DNA from: Mobula hypostoma
Lineage: Eukaryota
Assembly (NCBI RefSeq): GCF_963921235.1
Contig: NC_086108.1
Location: 98,706,001 to 98,770,000, forward strand
Length of the DNA: 64,000 bases
Direction of reading: 5' to 3'
Position numbers and translations under genes: made by a program. Below are positions 36,502 through 47,362 of this stretch, piece by piece (positions within the stretch are counted from its first letter, which is position 1; each line of letters begins with the position of its first letter). Below the pieces are notes generated by a model. The model saw nothing but the letters and a program-made list of their open reading frames with translations. It had not been told where the DNA came from and did no database searches.

Positions 36502-36672
36502 AACACAGAATACTCTGCAGATGCTGGGGTCAAAGCAACACGCAAAACACTCTGGAGGAACTCACCAGGCCGGGGATCCGTCAGGATGAAGGGTTCCGGC
36601 CCGAAACGTTGACTGATCGTTTCCACGGATGCTGCCTGACCTTCTGAGTTCCTCCAGCGTGTTGTGGGTGTT
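36502..36672. mobile_element. Penelope-derived fold-back mini-element with degenerate hammerhead
   Basis: 15-bp TSD gcgtctccaatagta (36487-36501 / 36673-36687), inverted arms (ctggaggaactca / tgagttcctccag), and central gatgaagggttccggcccgaaacgttgac. Confidence 0.8.
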
Positions 36673-37583
36673 GCGTCTCCAATAGTAGTGGCCAGGAAGA
36701 AGATTGGGAAGGTACGGATGTGTGTGGACTATCGGACTCTGAACAGGCGTACAGTCCCCAACTAGTATACAGTCACAAGAATCAAGGACATGCTAGTCTG
36801 CCTGAATGGTGTGACGTGGTTCAGTGTGCTGGACTTGAGGACTAGGTATTACCAGATACCCATGAGTGAGGCTGGTAAAGAGAAGACTTATCTGAGGTAT
36901 GTGTCCGATATGAGAAGGGAGCTGAAAAAGGCTTATGAATTAGCTGAAGCCTTGGCTGCCAAGTAGAATCGAGAAAACAAGAGGAGGTATGATCAAAAGG
37001 TTAGGTTATCCTGCCTTTTGCCTGGAGAATGAGTCCTTATAAAGAATTTGGGGCCACCTGGGAAGCATAAGCTGGTTGACCACTGGGTGGCTACACCGTA
37101 TGTACTGGAGAGTCAGATGCCAAATGTACCAGTTTTCTGGGTGAAACCAGAGGATGGGAATGGGCCTGTCCAGATTCTCCGTCGGAACCACCTGTTGCCC
37201 CTGGGACAAGAGGTGAGTGTTGATCCAGAGCCTGAACTGGAACCTACACCCAATAAGAGGACTCTCCGGTGATGTGGAGAGACTGAAGGATCAGCAGCGG
37301 GAAGGATTAGACCGGCCCCCGCCCCTGAATGATACGGAGTCAGAGGACAAGGAAATGGGGGTGTGGTATATGCTGCCTTTTGTTAACACCCCACTAATTG
37401 AGGAAGAGATTCCCAACCCTTCTCATGCTGAGGCAGGTGAAATTGGGGGGACTATCTGTGAGCAGGCAGGTTTGCAGCTGGACCCCGAAGCGGGGGTGGG
37501 GGGAGTGCTGGAGGGCTGGGCTCGAAAGTAACTGGGAATGAAGCTGAGCTCAGCCAAGTGGCAGAGGGATCTGAGTTGTTGGT

Positions 37584-37728
37584 GATAGACAGGGGGAGTA
37601 ATGCATGAGTAAAAGACAGGGGGAGTAATACATGAGTAATAGGTGGGGAGTAATACACGAGTAATAGACAGGGGGAGTAATACATGAGTAATAGACGGGG
37701 AGTAACACACGAGTAATAGACGGGGGAG
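37584..37728. repeat. Minisatellite, ~26-27-bp unit, about 5 copies
   Basis: Variants of gacagggggagtaatacatgagtaata in tandem, inside the Gypsy 3' region. Confidence 0.85.
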
Positions 37729-38017
37729 GCCTCGCCATGTAGACCAGAAGTATCCCAAGGAATGTCTGAAACTGAAGATGTACATGATGGGATACGGAGA
37801 TCGCAAAGAGTCAGGAGACCCCCAGATAGGCTGGCCTATGTAGCACCAGGGGAACAGAGTGTTACAACGGTCCCCCTAGTGAGATATGTCACTACCATGT
37901 ACAAATGGATTGGAGGTTCTGATATCACGAAATTCCTTTAAAAACGGTGTTATTAATGATGGGATGACAAATTATTTCAAAGTCATGAGGACATGACTAT
38001 TTGTGGTGGGGGGAGAG

Positions 38018-38727
38018 TGTAATGGCCTGGTTCACATTTTTACTGCTATGCTGTATGTATTTCATTTAGCCGTTCTGTAAGAGCAGTCTGTTCTGCTGTC
38101 AGCCTGTTTGGGGTGTTGTTGAAGAGAAGGGATGATGTGGAATATGTGCCATCCAACTAGCGGGGGCACAATAGGGTTGGTCTTGGGGATTTTGTTTGAG
38201 AGGAGATGGGGAGGGAAGACGCTGGGGAGAACCGGTCGTAGCATATGATCTGGTGGGAGACCCGTTTGTTCGATAGATTGCAAGCGATGTTCGGAAGGTG
38301 GTGTGTGCTTTCGTGTTGACCGAGAGCCCAGCGCGTGAATGACAGAGACGTTCAAGATGAGCTCCAACTTGTGCACATTTGACTGTTTAACTAGAATGGG
38401 CCCTTTTCTTTTTGTTATTCTTTACTAACAATATTGTGTCATTTCTTAATGCATACATTACTAAATGACAATAAAAGAGGACTGTGTGTCTTCATAATCT
38501 AATCCAACCCTTCAGTTAAGATTCATAAATATAATTCCTTTAATCGTATGCCGTGTACTGTTTGTTGTTTTGTGGCATTAATTTGTAACAAGGTAGCAGA
38601 TTACACAGCATCCACACAGATGGGGGGGTTTGGTGGTGGGGGGGGTCACACCTCAATCTCACACGTTTGGTGGGGACGGAGATTGTCTTCCCTGGACTTA
38701 CGCGGCTGAGGAAACCAGGGTGTTTCA
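38018..38727 (+). mobile_element. Gypsy 3' LTR
   Basis: PPT ggtggggggagag followed by TGTAAT ... TGTTTCA. It contains a small insertion of another element's 3' end at ~38433-38505. Confidence 0.75.
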
Positions 38728-39198
38728 GCTGTGTTGGTCATTGCCCTCAAATTCTTACCTCTCCATCTAAATGTCCTTTAAACATTGTAATTGTACCTAG
38801 CTCCACCACTTCCTCAAGCATCTCACTCACCCTCTGTGTGAATACCTTGCCTTTCAAATTCCTATTAAATCTTTCCCCTCTCATCTTAAAACTGTCACCT
38901 TTAGTTCTTGATTCCCCAATCCTGGGGAAAAGACTGAGTTCACTTCTACTCAGGGGTCTTCGTTTAAACTCAGATGAAGGGTCGCTATCCAAAATGGCAA
39001 CTGTCCATTCCTCCACTCCCCCCAACTTTACCACAGATGTTGCCTGACCCACTGAGTTTCAGAATCAGAATCAGGTTTAATATCACCAGCATCAGAAAGG
39101 TTCTGGAAAAGGGCCAGTAACATCATGAAGGATCCCACCCACCCTGCACATGGACCGTTTGTCAGAGAGGAGGCGTCCACACTAGCACCACCAGGCTC

Positions 39199-41926
39199 AT
39201 AAGTCCATAAGATGTAGCAGCAGAAGTAGGCCATTTGGCCCATCGAGTCTGCTCCACCATTCAATCATGGGCTGATCCAATTCTTCCAGTTATCCCCACT
39301 CCACTGCCTTCTTCCCATACCTTTTGAGCCCTGGCTAATCAAGAACCTATCTCTCTCTGCCTTAAATGCACCCAGTGACTTGGCCTCCACAGCCACTCAT
39401 GGCAACAAATTCCACAGATTTACCACCCTCTGACTAAAGTAATTTCTCTGTATCTCTGTTCAAAATGGATGTCCTTCAATCCTGAAGTCATGCCCTCTTG
39501 TCCCAGACTCCCCTACCATGGGAAATAACTTTGCCATATCTAATCTATTCAGGCCTTTTAACATTCGGGATGTTTCTATAAGATCCCCCCTCATTCTCAT
39601 GAACTCCAGGGAATACAGCTCAAGAGCTGCCAGACGTTCCTCATACGGTAACCCTTTCAGTCCTGGAATAATTCTTGTGAATCTTCACTGAACCCTCTCC
39701 AATGTCAGTATATCCTTTCTAAAATAAGGAGCCCAAAACTGCACACAATATTCCAAGTGTGGTCTCACGACTGCCTTATAGAGCCTCAACATCACATCCC
39801 TCCTCTTTTATTCTATACCTCTGGAAATGAATGCCAACATTGCATTCGCCTTCTTCACCACCAACTCAGCCTGGAGGTTTACTTTTAGGGTATCCTGCAC
39901 AAGGACTTCCAAGTCCCTTTGTATCTCTGCATTTTGAATTCTCTCCCCATCTAAATAATAGTCTGCCCATTTATTTCTTCTACCAAAGTGCATGACTGTA
40001 CACTTTCCAACATTGTATTTCATTTGCCATTTCTTTGCCCATTCCCCTAAAATATCTAAGTCTCTCTGCAGGCTCTCTGTTTCCTCAACACTATCTGCTC
40101 GTCAACATACCTTTGTATCATCGGCAAATTTAGCCACAAATCCCTTAATACCGTAGACCAAATCATTGACCTACATCGTAAAAAGCAGCAGTCCCAACAC
40201 CAACCCCTGTGGAACTCCACTGGTAACCAGCAGTCAGCCAGAATAGGATCCCTTCATTCCCACTCTTTGTTTTCTGCCAATCAGCCAATGCTCCACCCAT
40301 GCTAGTAACTTCCCTGTAATTCCATGGGCTCTTATCTTGCTAAGCAGTCTCATGTGCGACACCTTGTCAAAGGCCTTCTGAAAATCCAAGTACACCACAT
40401 CTACTGCATCTCCTTTGTCTTCCCTACTTGTAATTTCCTCAAGGAATTGCAGTAGGTTTGTCAGGCAGAACTTTCCCTTCAGGAAACCATGCTGGCTTTG
40501 GCCTATCTTGTCATGTGCCTCCAAGTACTCCATAATCTCATCCCTAACAATCAATTCCAACAACTTCCCAATCACTGATATCAGGCTAACAGGTATATAG
40601 TTTTCTTTCTGCTGCCTCCCACCCTTATTAAATAGCGGAGTAACACTTGCAATTTTCCAGTCATCCAGTACAACACCAGAATCTATCAATTCTTGAAAGA
40701 TCATTGTTAATGCCTCCACAATCTCTCCAGCTACTTCCTTCAGAACCCGAGGGTGCATTCCATCATGTTCAGGAGATTTATCCATCCTCAGATCATTAAG
40801 CTTCCTGAGCACCTTCTCAGTTGTAATTTTCACTGCACAAACCACTTCCCTGACACTCTTGAATGTCCAGTGTACTGCAGATGTCTTCCACTGTGAAGAC
40901 TGATGCAAAATATGCATTCAGTTCTTCTGCGTCTCCCATTACAATATCTCCAGTGTCATTTTCTATTGGTCCTATATCTACCCTCTACTCTCTTTTACCC
41001 TTTATATACTTAAAAAAACTTTTAGTATCTTCATTGACATTAGTCGCCAACTTCCTTTCTCGGCCTGAAACGTCGACTGCGCCTCTTCCTATAGATGCTG
41101 CTTGGCCTGCTGCGTTCACCAGCAACTTTGATGTGTGTTCCTTACATAGTTCATCTTTTCCTTCCTAATGACCTTCTTAGTTTCCTTCTGCAAGTTTTTA
41201 AAAGCTCCCCAATCCTCTATTCTCCCACTAGCTTTGGTTTCCTTGTATGCCCTCTGTTTTGCTTTTACTTTGGCTCTGACTTCACTTCTCAGCCACGGTA
41301 GCGTCCTTCTTCCCTTTGAAAATTTCTTCTTGTTTGGAATACATCTGTCTTGCACTTCCCTCAATTTTTGCATAAACTCCAACCATTGCTGCTCTGCTGT
41401 CCTTCCTGCAAATGTCCCTTTCCAGTCAACTTCGGCCAGTTCCCCTCTTGTGCCATTGTAATTTCCTTTATTCCACTGAAATACCTACACATTGGATTTT
41501 ATTTTTTCCCTCTCAAATTTCAATGTGAACTCGATCATATTGTGATCACTGTTCCCTTTGGGTTTCTTAACCTTAAGCTCTCTTATTACCTCCAGATCAT
41601 TGCACAACATCCAATCCAGCACAACCGATCCCCTAGTGGGCTCCACAACAAGCTGTTCTAAAAAGCCATCCCTTAGATATTCTACAAATTCTCTCTCGAG
41701 GTCCAGTACTGACCTGGTTTTCCCAATCCACTTTCATGTTAAAATCAACGATTAGCATGACATTGCCTTTCTGAGATGCCTTTTCTATCTCCTGCTGTAA
41801 TTTGTAATCCACATCCCGGCTGCTGTTTGGAGGCCTGTATACAACTGCCATTAGGGTCCTTTTACCCTTGCCATTTCTCAACTCAACCCATAGAGACTCT
41901 ACACCTTCCCATCTTACGTCAATCCT
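39199..41926 (-). pseudogene. CR1 (subfamily C), degenerate ORF2, inserted in a Rex1 3' fragment
   Basis: ORF pieces 41633..41881, 41116..41382, 40234..40917 and 39808..40023. Rex1 sequence ...STTRL (ending ~39198) resumes as KNSY.PQAVRLIN at 41930/44977. Confidence 0.88.
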
Positions 41927-42006
41927 GACTCAAAAACAGTTACAACAACATACATCAAAGTTGCTGGTGAACGCAGCAGGCCAAGCAGCATCTATAGGAA
42001 GAGGCG

Positions 42007-42044
42007 CAGTCGACGTTTCAGGCCGAGACCCTTCGTCAGGACTA
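42007..42044 (-). ncRNA. Minimal hammerhead ribozyme (Penelope)
   Basis: Same motif as 18109-18146. Confidence 0.8.
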
Positions 42045-43522
42045 ACTGAAGGAAGAGTGAGTAAGGGATTTGAAAGCCGGAGGGGGAGGAGGAGATGCAA
42101 AATGATAGGAGAAGACAGGAGGGGGAGGGATAGAGCCGAGAGCTGGACAAGTGATAGGCAAAAGGGGATACGAGAGGATCATGGGACAGGAGGTCCGGGA
42201 AGAAAGACAAGGGGGGGGGGGGTGACCCAGAGGATGGGCAAGAGGTATATTCAGAGGGACAGAGGGAGAAAAAGGAGAGTGAGAGAAAGAATGTGTGTAT
42301 AAAAATAAGTAACAGATGGGGTACGAGGGGGAGGTGGGGCCTTAGCGGAAGTTAGAGAAGTCGATGTTCATGCCATCAGGTTGGAGGCTACCCAGACGGA
42401 ATACAAGGTGTTGTTCCTCCAACCTGAGTGTGGCTTCATCTTTACAGTAGAGGAGGCCGTGGATAGACATGTCAGAATGGGAATGGGATGTGGAATTAAA
42501 ATGTGTGGCCACTGGGAGATCCTGCTTTCTCTGGCGGACAGAGCGTAGATGTTCAGCAAAGCGGTCTCCCAGTCTGCGTCGGGTCTCACCAATATATAAA
42601 AGGCCACATCGGGAGCACCGGACGCAGTATATCACCCCAGTCGACTCACAGGTGAAGTGATGCCTCACCTGGAAGGACTGTTTGGGGCCCTGAATGGTGG
42701 TAAGGGAGGAAGTGTAAGGGCATGTGTAGCACTTGTTCCGCTTACACGGATAAGTGCCAGGAGGGAGAGCAGTGGGGAGGGATGGGGGGGACGAATGGAC
42801 AAGGGAGTTGTGTAGGGAGCGATCCCTGCGGAATGCAGAGAGAGGGGTGGAGGGAAAGATGTGCTTAGTGGTGGGATCCCGTTGGAGGTGGCAGAAGTTA
42901 CGGAGAATAATATGTTGGACCCGGAGGCTGGTGGGGTGGTGGGTGAGGACCAGGGGAACCCTATTCCTTTTATATATTGGTGAGACCCGACGCAGACTGG
43001 GAGACCGCTTTGCTGAACGTCTACGCTCTGTCCGCCAGAGAAAGCAGGATCTCCCAGTGGCCACACATTTTAATTCCACATCCCATTCCCATTCTGACAT
43101 GTCTATCCACGGCCTCCTCTACTGTAAAGATGAAGCCACACTCAGGTTGGAGGAACAACACCTTATATTCCGTCTGGGTAGCCTCCAACCTGATGGCATG
43201 AACATCGACTTCTCTAACTTCCGCTAAGGCCCCACCTCCCCCTCGTACCCCATCTGTTACTTATTTTTATGCACACATTCTTTCTCTCACTCTCCTTTTT
43301 CTCCCTCTGTCCCTCTGAATATACCTCTTGCCCATCCTCTGGGTCACCCCCCCCCCTTGTCTTTCTTCCCGGACCTCCTGTCCCATGATCCTCTCGTATC
43401 CCCTTTTGCCTATCACTTGTCCAGCTCTCGGCTCTATCCCTCCCCCTCCTGTCTTCTCCTATCATTTTGCATCTCCCCCTCCCCCTCCAGCTTTCAAATC
43501 CCTTACTCACTCTTCCTTCAGT

Positions 43523-43560
43523 TAGTCCTGACGAAGGGTCTCGGCCTGAAACGTCGACTG
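43523..43560 (+). ncRNA. Minimal hammerhead ribozyme (Penelope)
   Basis: tagtc-ctgacga-agggtctcggcct-gaaa-cgtc-gactg. Confidence 0.8.
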
Positions 43561-44842
43561 CGCCTCTTCCTATAGATGCTGCTTGGCCTGCTGCGTTCAC
43601 CAGCAACTTTGATGTATGTTGTTGTAACTGTTTTTGAGTCAGGATTGACGTAAGATGGGAAGGTGTAGAGTCTCTATGGGTTGAGTTGAGAAATGGCAAG
43701 GGTAAAAGGACCCTAATGGCAGTTGTATACAGGCCTCCAAACAGCAGCCGGGATGTGGATTACAAATTACAGCAGGAGATAGAAAAGGCATCTCAGAAAG
43801 GCAATGTCATGCTAATCGTTGATTTTAACATGAAAGTGGATTGGGAAAACCAGGTCAGTACTGGACCTCGAGAGAGAATTTGTAGAATATCTAAGGGATG
43901 GCTTTTTAGAACAGCTTGTTGTGGAGCCCACTAGGGGATCGGTTGTGCTGGATTGGATGTTGTGCAATGATCTGGAGGTAATAAGAGAGCTTAAGGTTAA
44001 GAAACCCAAAGGGAACAGTGATCACAATATGATCGAGTTCACATTGAAATTTGAGAGGGAAAAAATAAAATCCAATGTGTAGGTATTTCAGTGGAATAAA
44101 AGAAATTACAATGGCACAAGAGGGGAACTGGCTGAAGTTGACTGGAAAGGGACATTTGCAGGAAGGACAGCAGAGCAGCAATGGTTGGAGTTTATGCAAA
44201 AATTGAGGGAAGTGCAAGACAGATGTATTCCAAACAAGAAGAAATTTTCAAAGGGAAGAAGGACGCTACCGTGGCTGAGAAGTGAAGTCAGAGCCAAAGT
44301 AAAAGCAAAACAGAGGGCATACAAGGAAACCAAAGCTAGTGGGAGAATAGAGGATTGGGGAGCTTTTAAAAACTTGCAGAAGGAAACTAAGAAGGTCATT
44401 AGGAAGGAAAAGATGAACTATGTAAGGAACACACATCAAAGTTGCTGGTGAACGCAGCAGGCCAAGCAGCATCTATAGGAAGAGGCGCAGTCGACGTTTC
44501 AGGCCGAGAAAGGAAGTTGGCGACTAATGTCAATGAAGATACTAAAAGTTTTTTTAAGTATATAAAGGGTAAAAGAGAGTAGAGGGTAGATATAGGACCA
44601 ATAGAAAATGACACTGGAGATATTGTAATGGGAGACGCAGAAGAACTGAATGCATATTTTGCATCAGTCTTCACAGTGGAAGACATCTGCAGTACACTGG
44701 ACATTCAAGAGTGTCAGGGAAGTGGTTTGTGCAGTGAAAATTACAACTGAGAAGGTGCTCAGGAAGCTTAATGATCTGAGGATGGATAAATCTCCTGAAC
44801 ATGATGGAATGCACCCTCGGGTTCTGAAGGAAGTAGACCCTT

Positions 44843-44875
44843 CTGACGAAGGGTCTCGGCCTGAAACGTCAACTG
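44843..44875 (+). ncRNA. Hammerhead core lacking the 5' strand of helix I
   Basis: ctgacgaagggtctcggcctgaaacgtcaactg; the upstream agtc is replaced by junction sequence. Confidence 0.55.
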
Positions 44876-46439
44876 TGCCTCTTCCTATAGATGCTGCTTG
44901 GCCTGCTGCGTTCACCAGCAACTTTGATGTATGTTGCTTGAATTTCCAGCATCTGCAGAATTCCTGTTGTTTGCGTTCAAAAACAGTTACTGTCCCCAAG
45001 CAGTAAGGCTGATCAACACCTCAAACCACTAACCCACCTCTCCATACCAAAAATCACTTTATCATTTCCTGTCAGGGTCACCTTCTGTAGGGACACTCGT
45101 AGCGTCACTTCTTGGACATGCAATCAATCTATGTGTACAAGTTACCTTACGTATTTATGTTTATTCTGTTATTTGTTATTACCATGTTCTTTATCTTATT
45201 GCGCATTCCTAGGTACTGCATTGAATTCGGAGTAACAAGTTTTTCATTCTCTTTCATTCCACTTGTGTAGTGGAAATGTGAAACTCATTGTTGTTGTGGC
45301 AGCAGTATCATGCAATACATAAAAATACACACAGTATTTTGCACAGTAATGTATATATAATTAAGTAATTAGTGCATAAAGAAGTCAACAAGGGTGAGGT
45401 AGTGTTAAGGGGTTGGCTCATTGTCTGTTTAAAAATCCGTTGGTGAACCTGCTCCTAAAACAATGAATGTGCATCTTCAGGCTCCTGAACAGCACTTCCT
45501 CGTTAATAAGAAGTGAGCATGACCTGGGTGATGGGAATCCTTAATTTACTTATCGAGACACAGTGCAGAATCGGCCCATCCGGCCCTTCGAGCCGCACTG
45601 CCCAGCAATATCCCGATTTAACACTTCCCTAATCACAGGACAACTAACAACTACCAGTGGGAGAAAACCAGAGCACCCGGAGGAAACCTCCGCAGTCACA
45701 GGCAGAGCGTACGAACTCCTTACAGGCAGCACAGGGCATTGAACCTTCGTCAACTGTATGGTAAAGTGTTGTGCTAACCATGTTGTTCTACCTTTCTGAG
45801 ACATCCTCCTTTTAAGTTTCTCCAGCAGTTTGCCACTCAGACCCCAGCAGCTTCCAAAATGAAGCTAAAAATATGGGAATTATAATGCGTCAACAAGGAA
45901 GGCGGAATTCTTTCCCTTAAAGACATCAGAAAACTAAATGGGTAGTTTTAAGTTATTATTGCTACTTTTTGTTTTCCAAAATGTAATTTATTAAATTTCT
46001 AGCCACTATGATGGGACTAGATTTTAAGTTTCTGGATCAATGGTCACGCTGTGAACCGTTAGTACAGGAATTAGAACACTCCACTACCATACTACTTAAT
46101 ACCATGCTTGAATAATCAAACTACTAAATTCACTTCCTGTTAAGCCTTCTGTGGTCGTCCACATATATAAAGCTGACAAAATAAAGCTTCAGTTTATATA
46201 ATCTTCTAAAATAGCAAACGATGCGGCCAATAACAAATAAAAACAGCAATTTAGTCATAATAGCAGAAAACGCCGGGGATACTCAACAACGAATGCTTCT
46301 TGATGAAGATATTACTGCATTTCAAGGAATGAGCTGCATGAAATACACCTGACATGCAAAAATAAAGGGAAGGTGAACACTTGAGCTCAAAACGCCCAGT
46401 CACACAGACCTGTCAAGTGTATTATGAAACAACAGTGCT

Positions 46440-46900
46440 CCCAGCCCAGGCGCCCTCACGCACCCGCGAGGTTTGATCCGTCCGCCCTGCCGTACGCCAT
46501 GGCGTAGCACGTGACCGCAGTTTTATAAGGGGAGGCCGCGGCCGATGCGTGTCACTCCCTTCGCCTGGACAGGATGGCGTCTTGTAGTCGGTGAGTCCCG
46601 GTGACGGCGGGTTTCTCGTGTCCTAACGCCACCGCCACCCTGCCCACCCGCCCCTCCGCCCCTCGTCTAGAGTTGCCTGATGTCGAGAGATCTACACGCC
46701 CGGAGGTGATGTCGGGGGTTGGGGGGGGGTGACTCGGAACCCGGGAGCGGGGTACCAGGGCTCGTTCGCGGGAAGCGGTGCCGCTGGGCCAGGGGGAGGG
46801 GGAGGGATGGCGGGCGCCAGGGGCCCGTGACCCGTTTCTCGGGGGGTTCACGCACCGAGAACGTTTGGAGACCCCGGCGGCCCCTGGCACGGGAGGTGGG
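46440..46900 (+). promoter_or_regulatory. GTF2B: GTF2B CpG-island promoter with E-box, TATA and Inr
   Basis: CpG-dense region with CACGTGAC at 46508-46515, TATAAG at 46524-46529, and Inr-like TCACTC whose A (46554) is 30 nt after the TATA T. The ATG is at 46574. Confidence 0.8.
46574..46590 (+). CDS. GTF2B: TFIIB exon 1 (17 coding nt)
   Basis: ATG GCG TCT TGT AGT CG followed by a consensus donor gtgagt; encodes MASCSR (human MASTSR). It splices in frame to 57380. Confidence 0.9.
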
Positions 46901-47362
46901 GAGGTTGGAGTAAGGGAACGATTGTGTGTGTGTGTTGGGGGAGAGTGTGAGAAGCGGGTATGGAAGGGTAGGGGAGAGGGTTGATACCTGTTACAGTCTG
47001 CACCGATTTTTGTCTCCCGCTGTCATCCGCTCCTGTTTAATTGTGGGGAGGAGAAGGGTTTACGATATGGAGGGAGAAAGGGAGGTAGGATATGGAGGGA
47101 GAGGGATGGGGTGGGTGGTCTGCCAAATTTCAACGTCTACAGTTAATATAATCGTCGCCTTTATGAGTGGCTCCTTGGCACAATTTGCCCAATCGATTCC
47201 TCTACCTTTGCACCACTCTTATTTGCTTAGTGAGCTTTTCATCTGTAGTCATACAGCACAAACAGACCCTTCCTCTCACAGTGTCCATACTTAACACTTG
47301 TAGCCCCGCTACACTGATTCTATTTGTACCAATCACCCCTCCCCCCCCCGAATAGTATCACA

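Larger units (their letters stand above)
36220..38017 (+). pseudogene. Ty3/Gypsy pol remnant with a large internal deletion
   Basis: SPYASPIVVARKK.GKVRMCVDYRTLN and WFSVLDLRT.YYQIPM (RT start) jump to a post-integrase region (GKHKLVDHW, LRRNHLLP). A polypurine tract precedes 38018. Confidence 0.85.
40731..44836. repeat. Large inverted repeat: arms 40731-42603 and 42966-44836, 362-bp spacer
   Basis: Mirror ORF pairs have constant coordinate sums (40917+44650, 41168+44399 and 41881+43686 all equal 85567; 42342+43227 = 85569). Only scattered substitutions separate the arms. Confidence 0.97.
41944..44976. mobile_element. Composite Penelope insertion
   Basis: 14-bp TSD tcaaaaacagttac (41930-41943 / 44977-44990). 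Contents: Penelope (-) 41944-42965, Penelope (+) 42966-43623, inverted flank 43624-44836, Penelope 3' end (+) 44837-44976. Confidence 0.88.

Noticed and set aside
37584..37728. CRISPR-like array
   Set aside because: The units are contiguous with no unique spacers, there are no cas genes, and the context is eukaryotic.
46552..47294. Several GC-rich ORFs at the CpG island
   Set aside because: They are stop-poor GC-rich promoter and intron sequence; the true coding part is the 17-nt exon.
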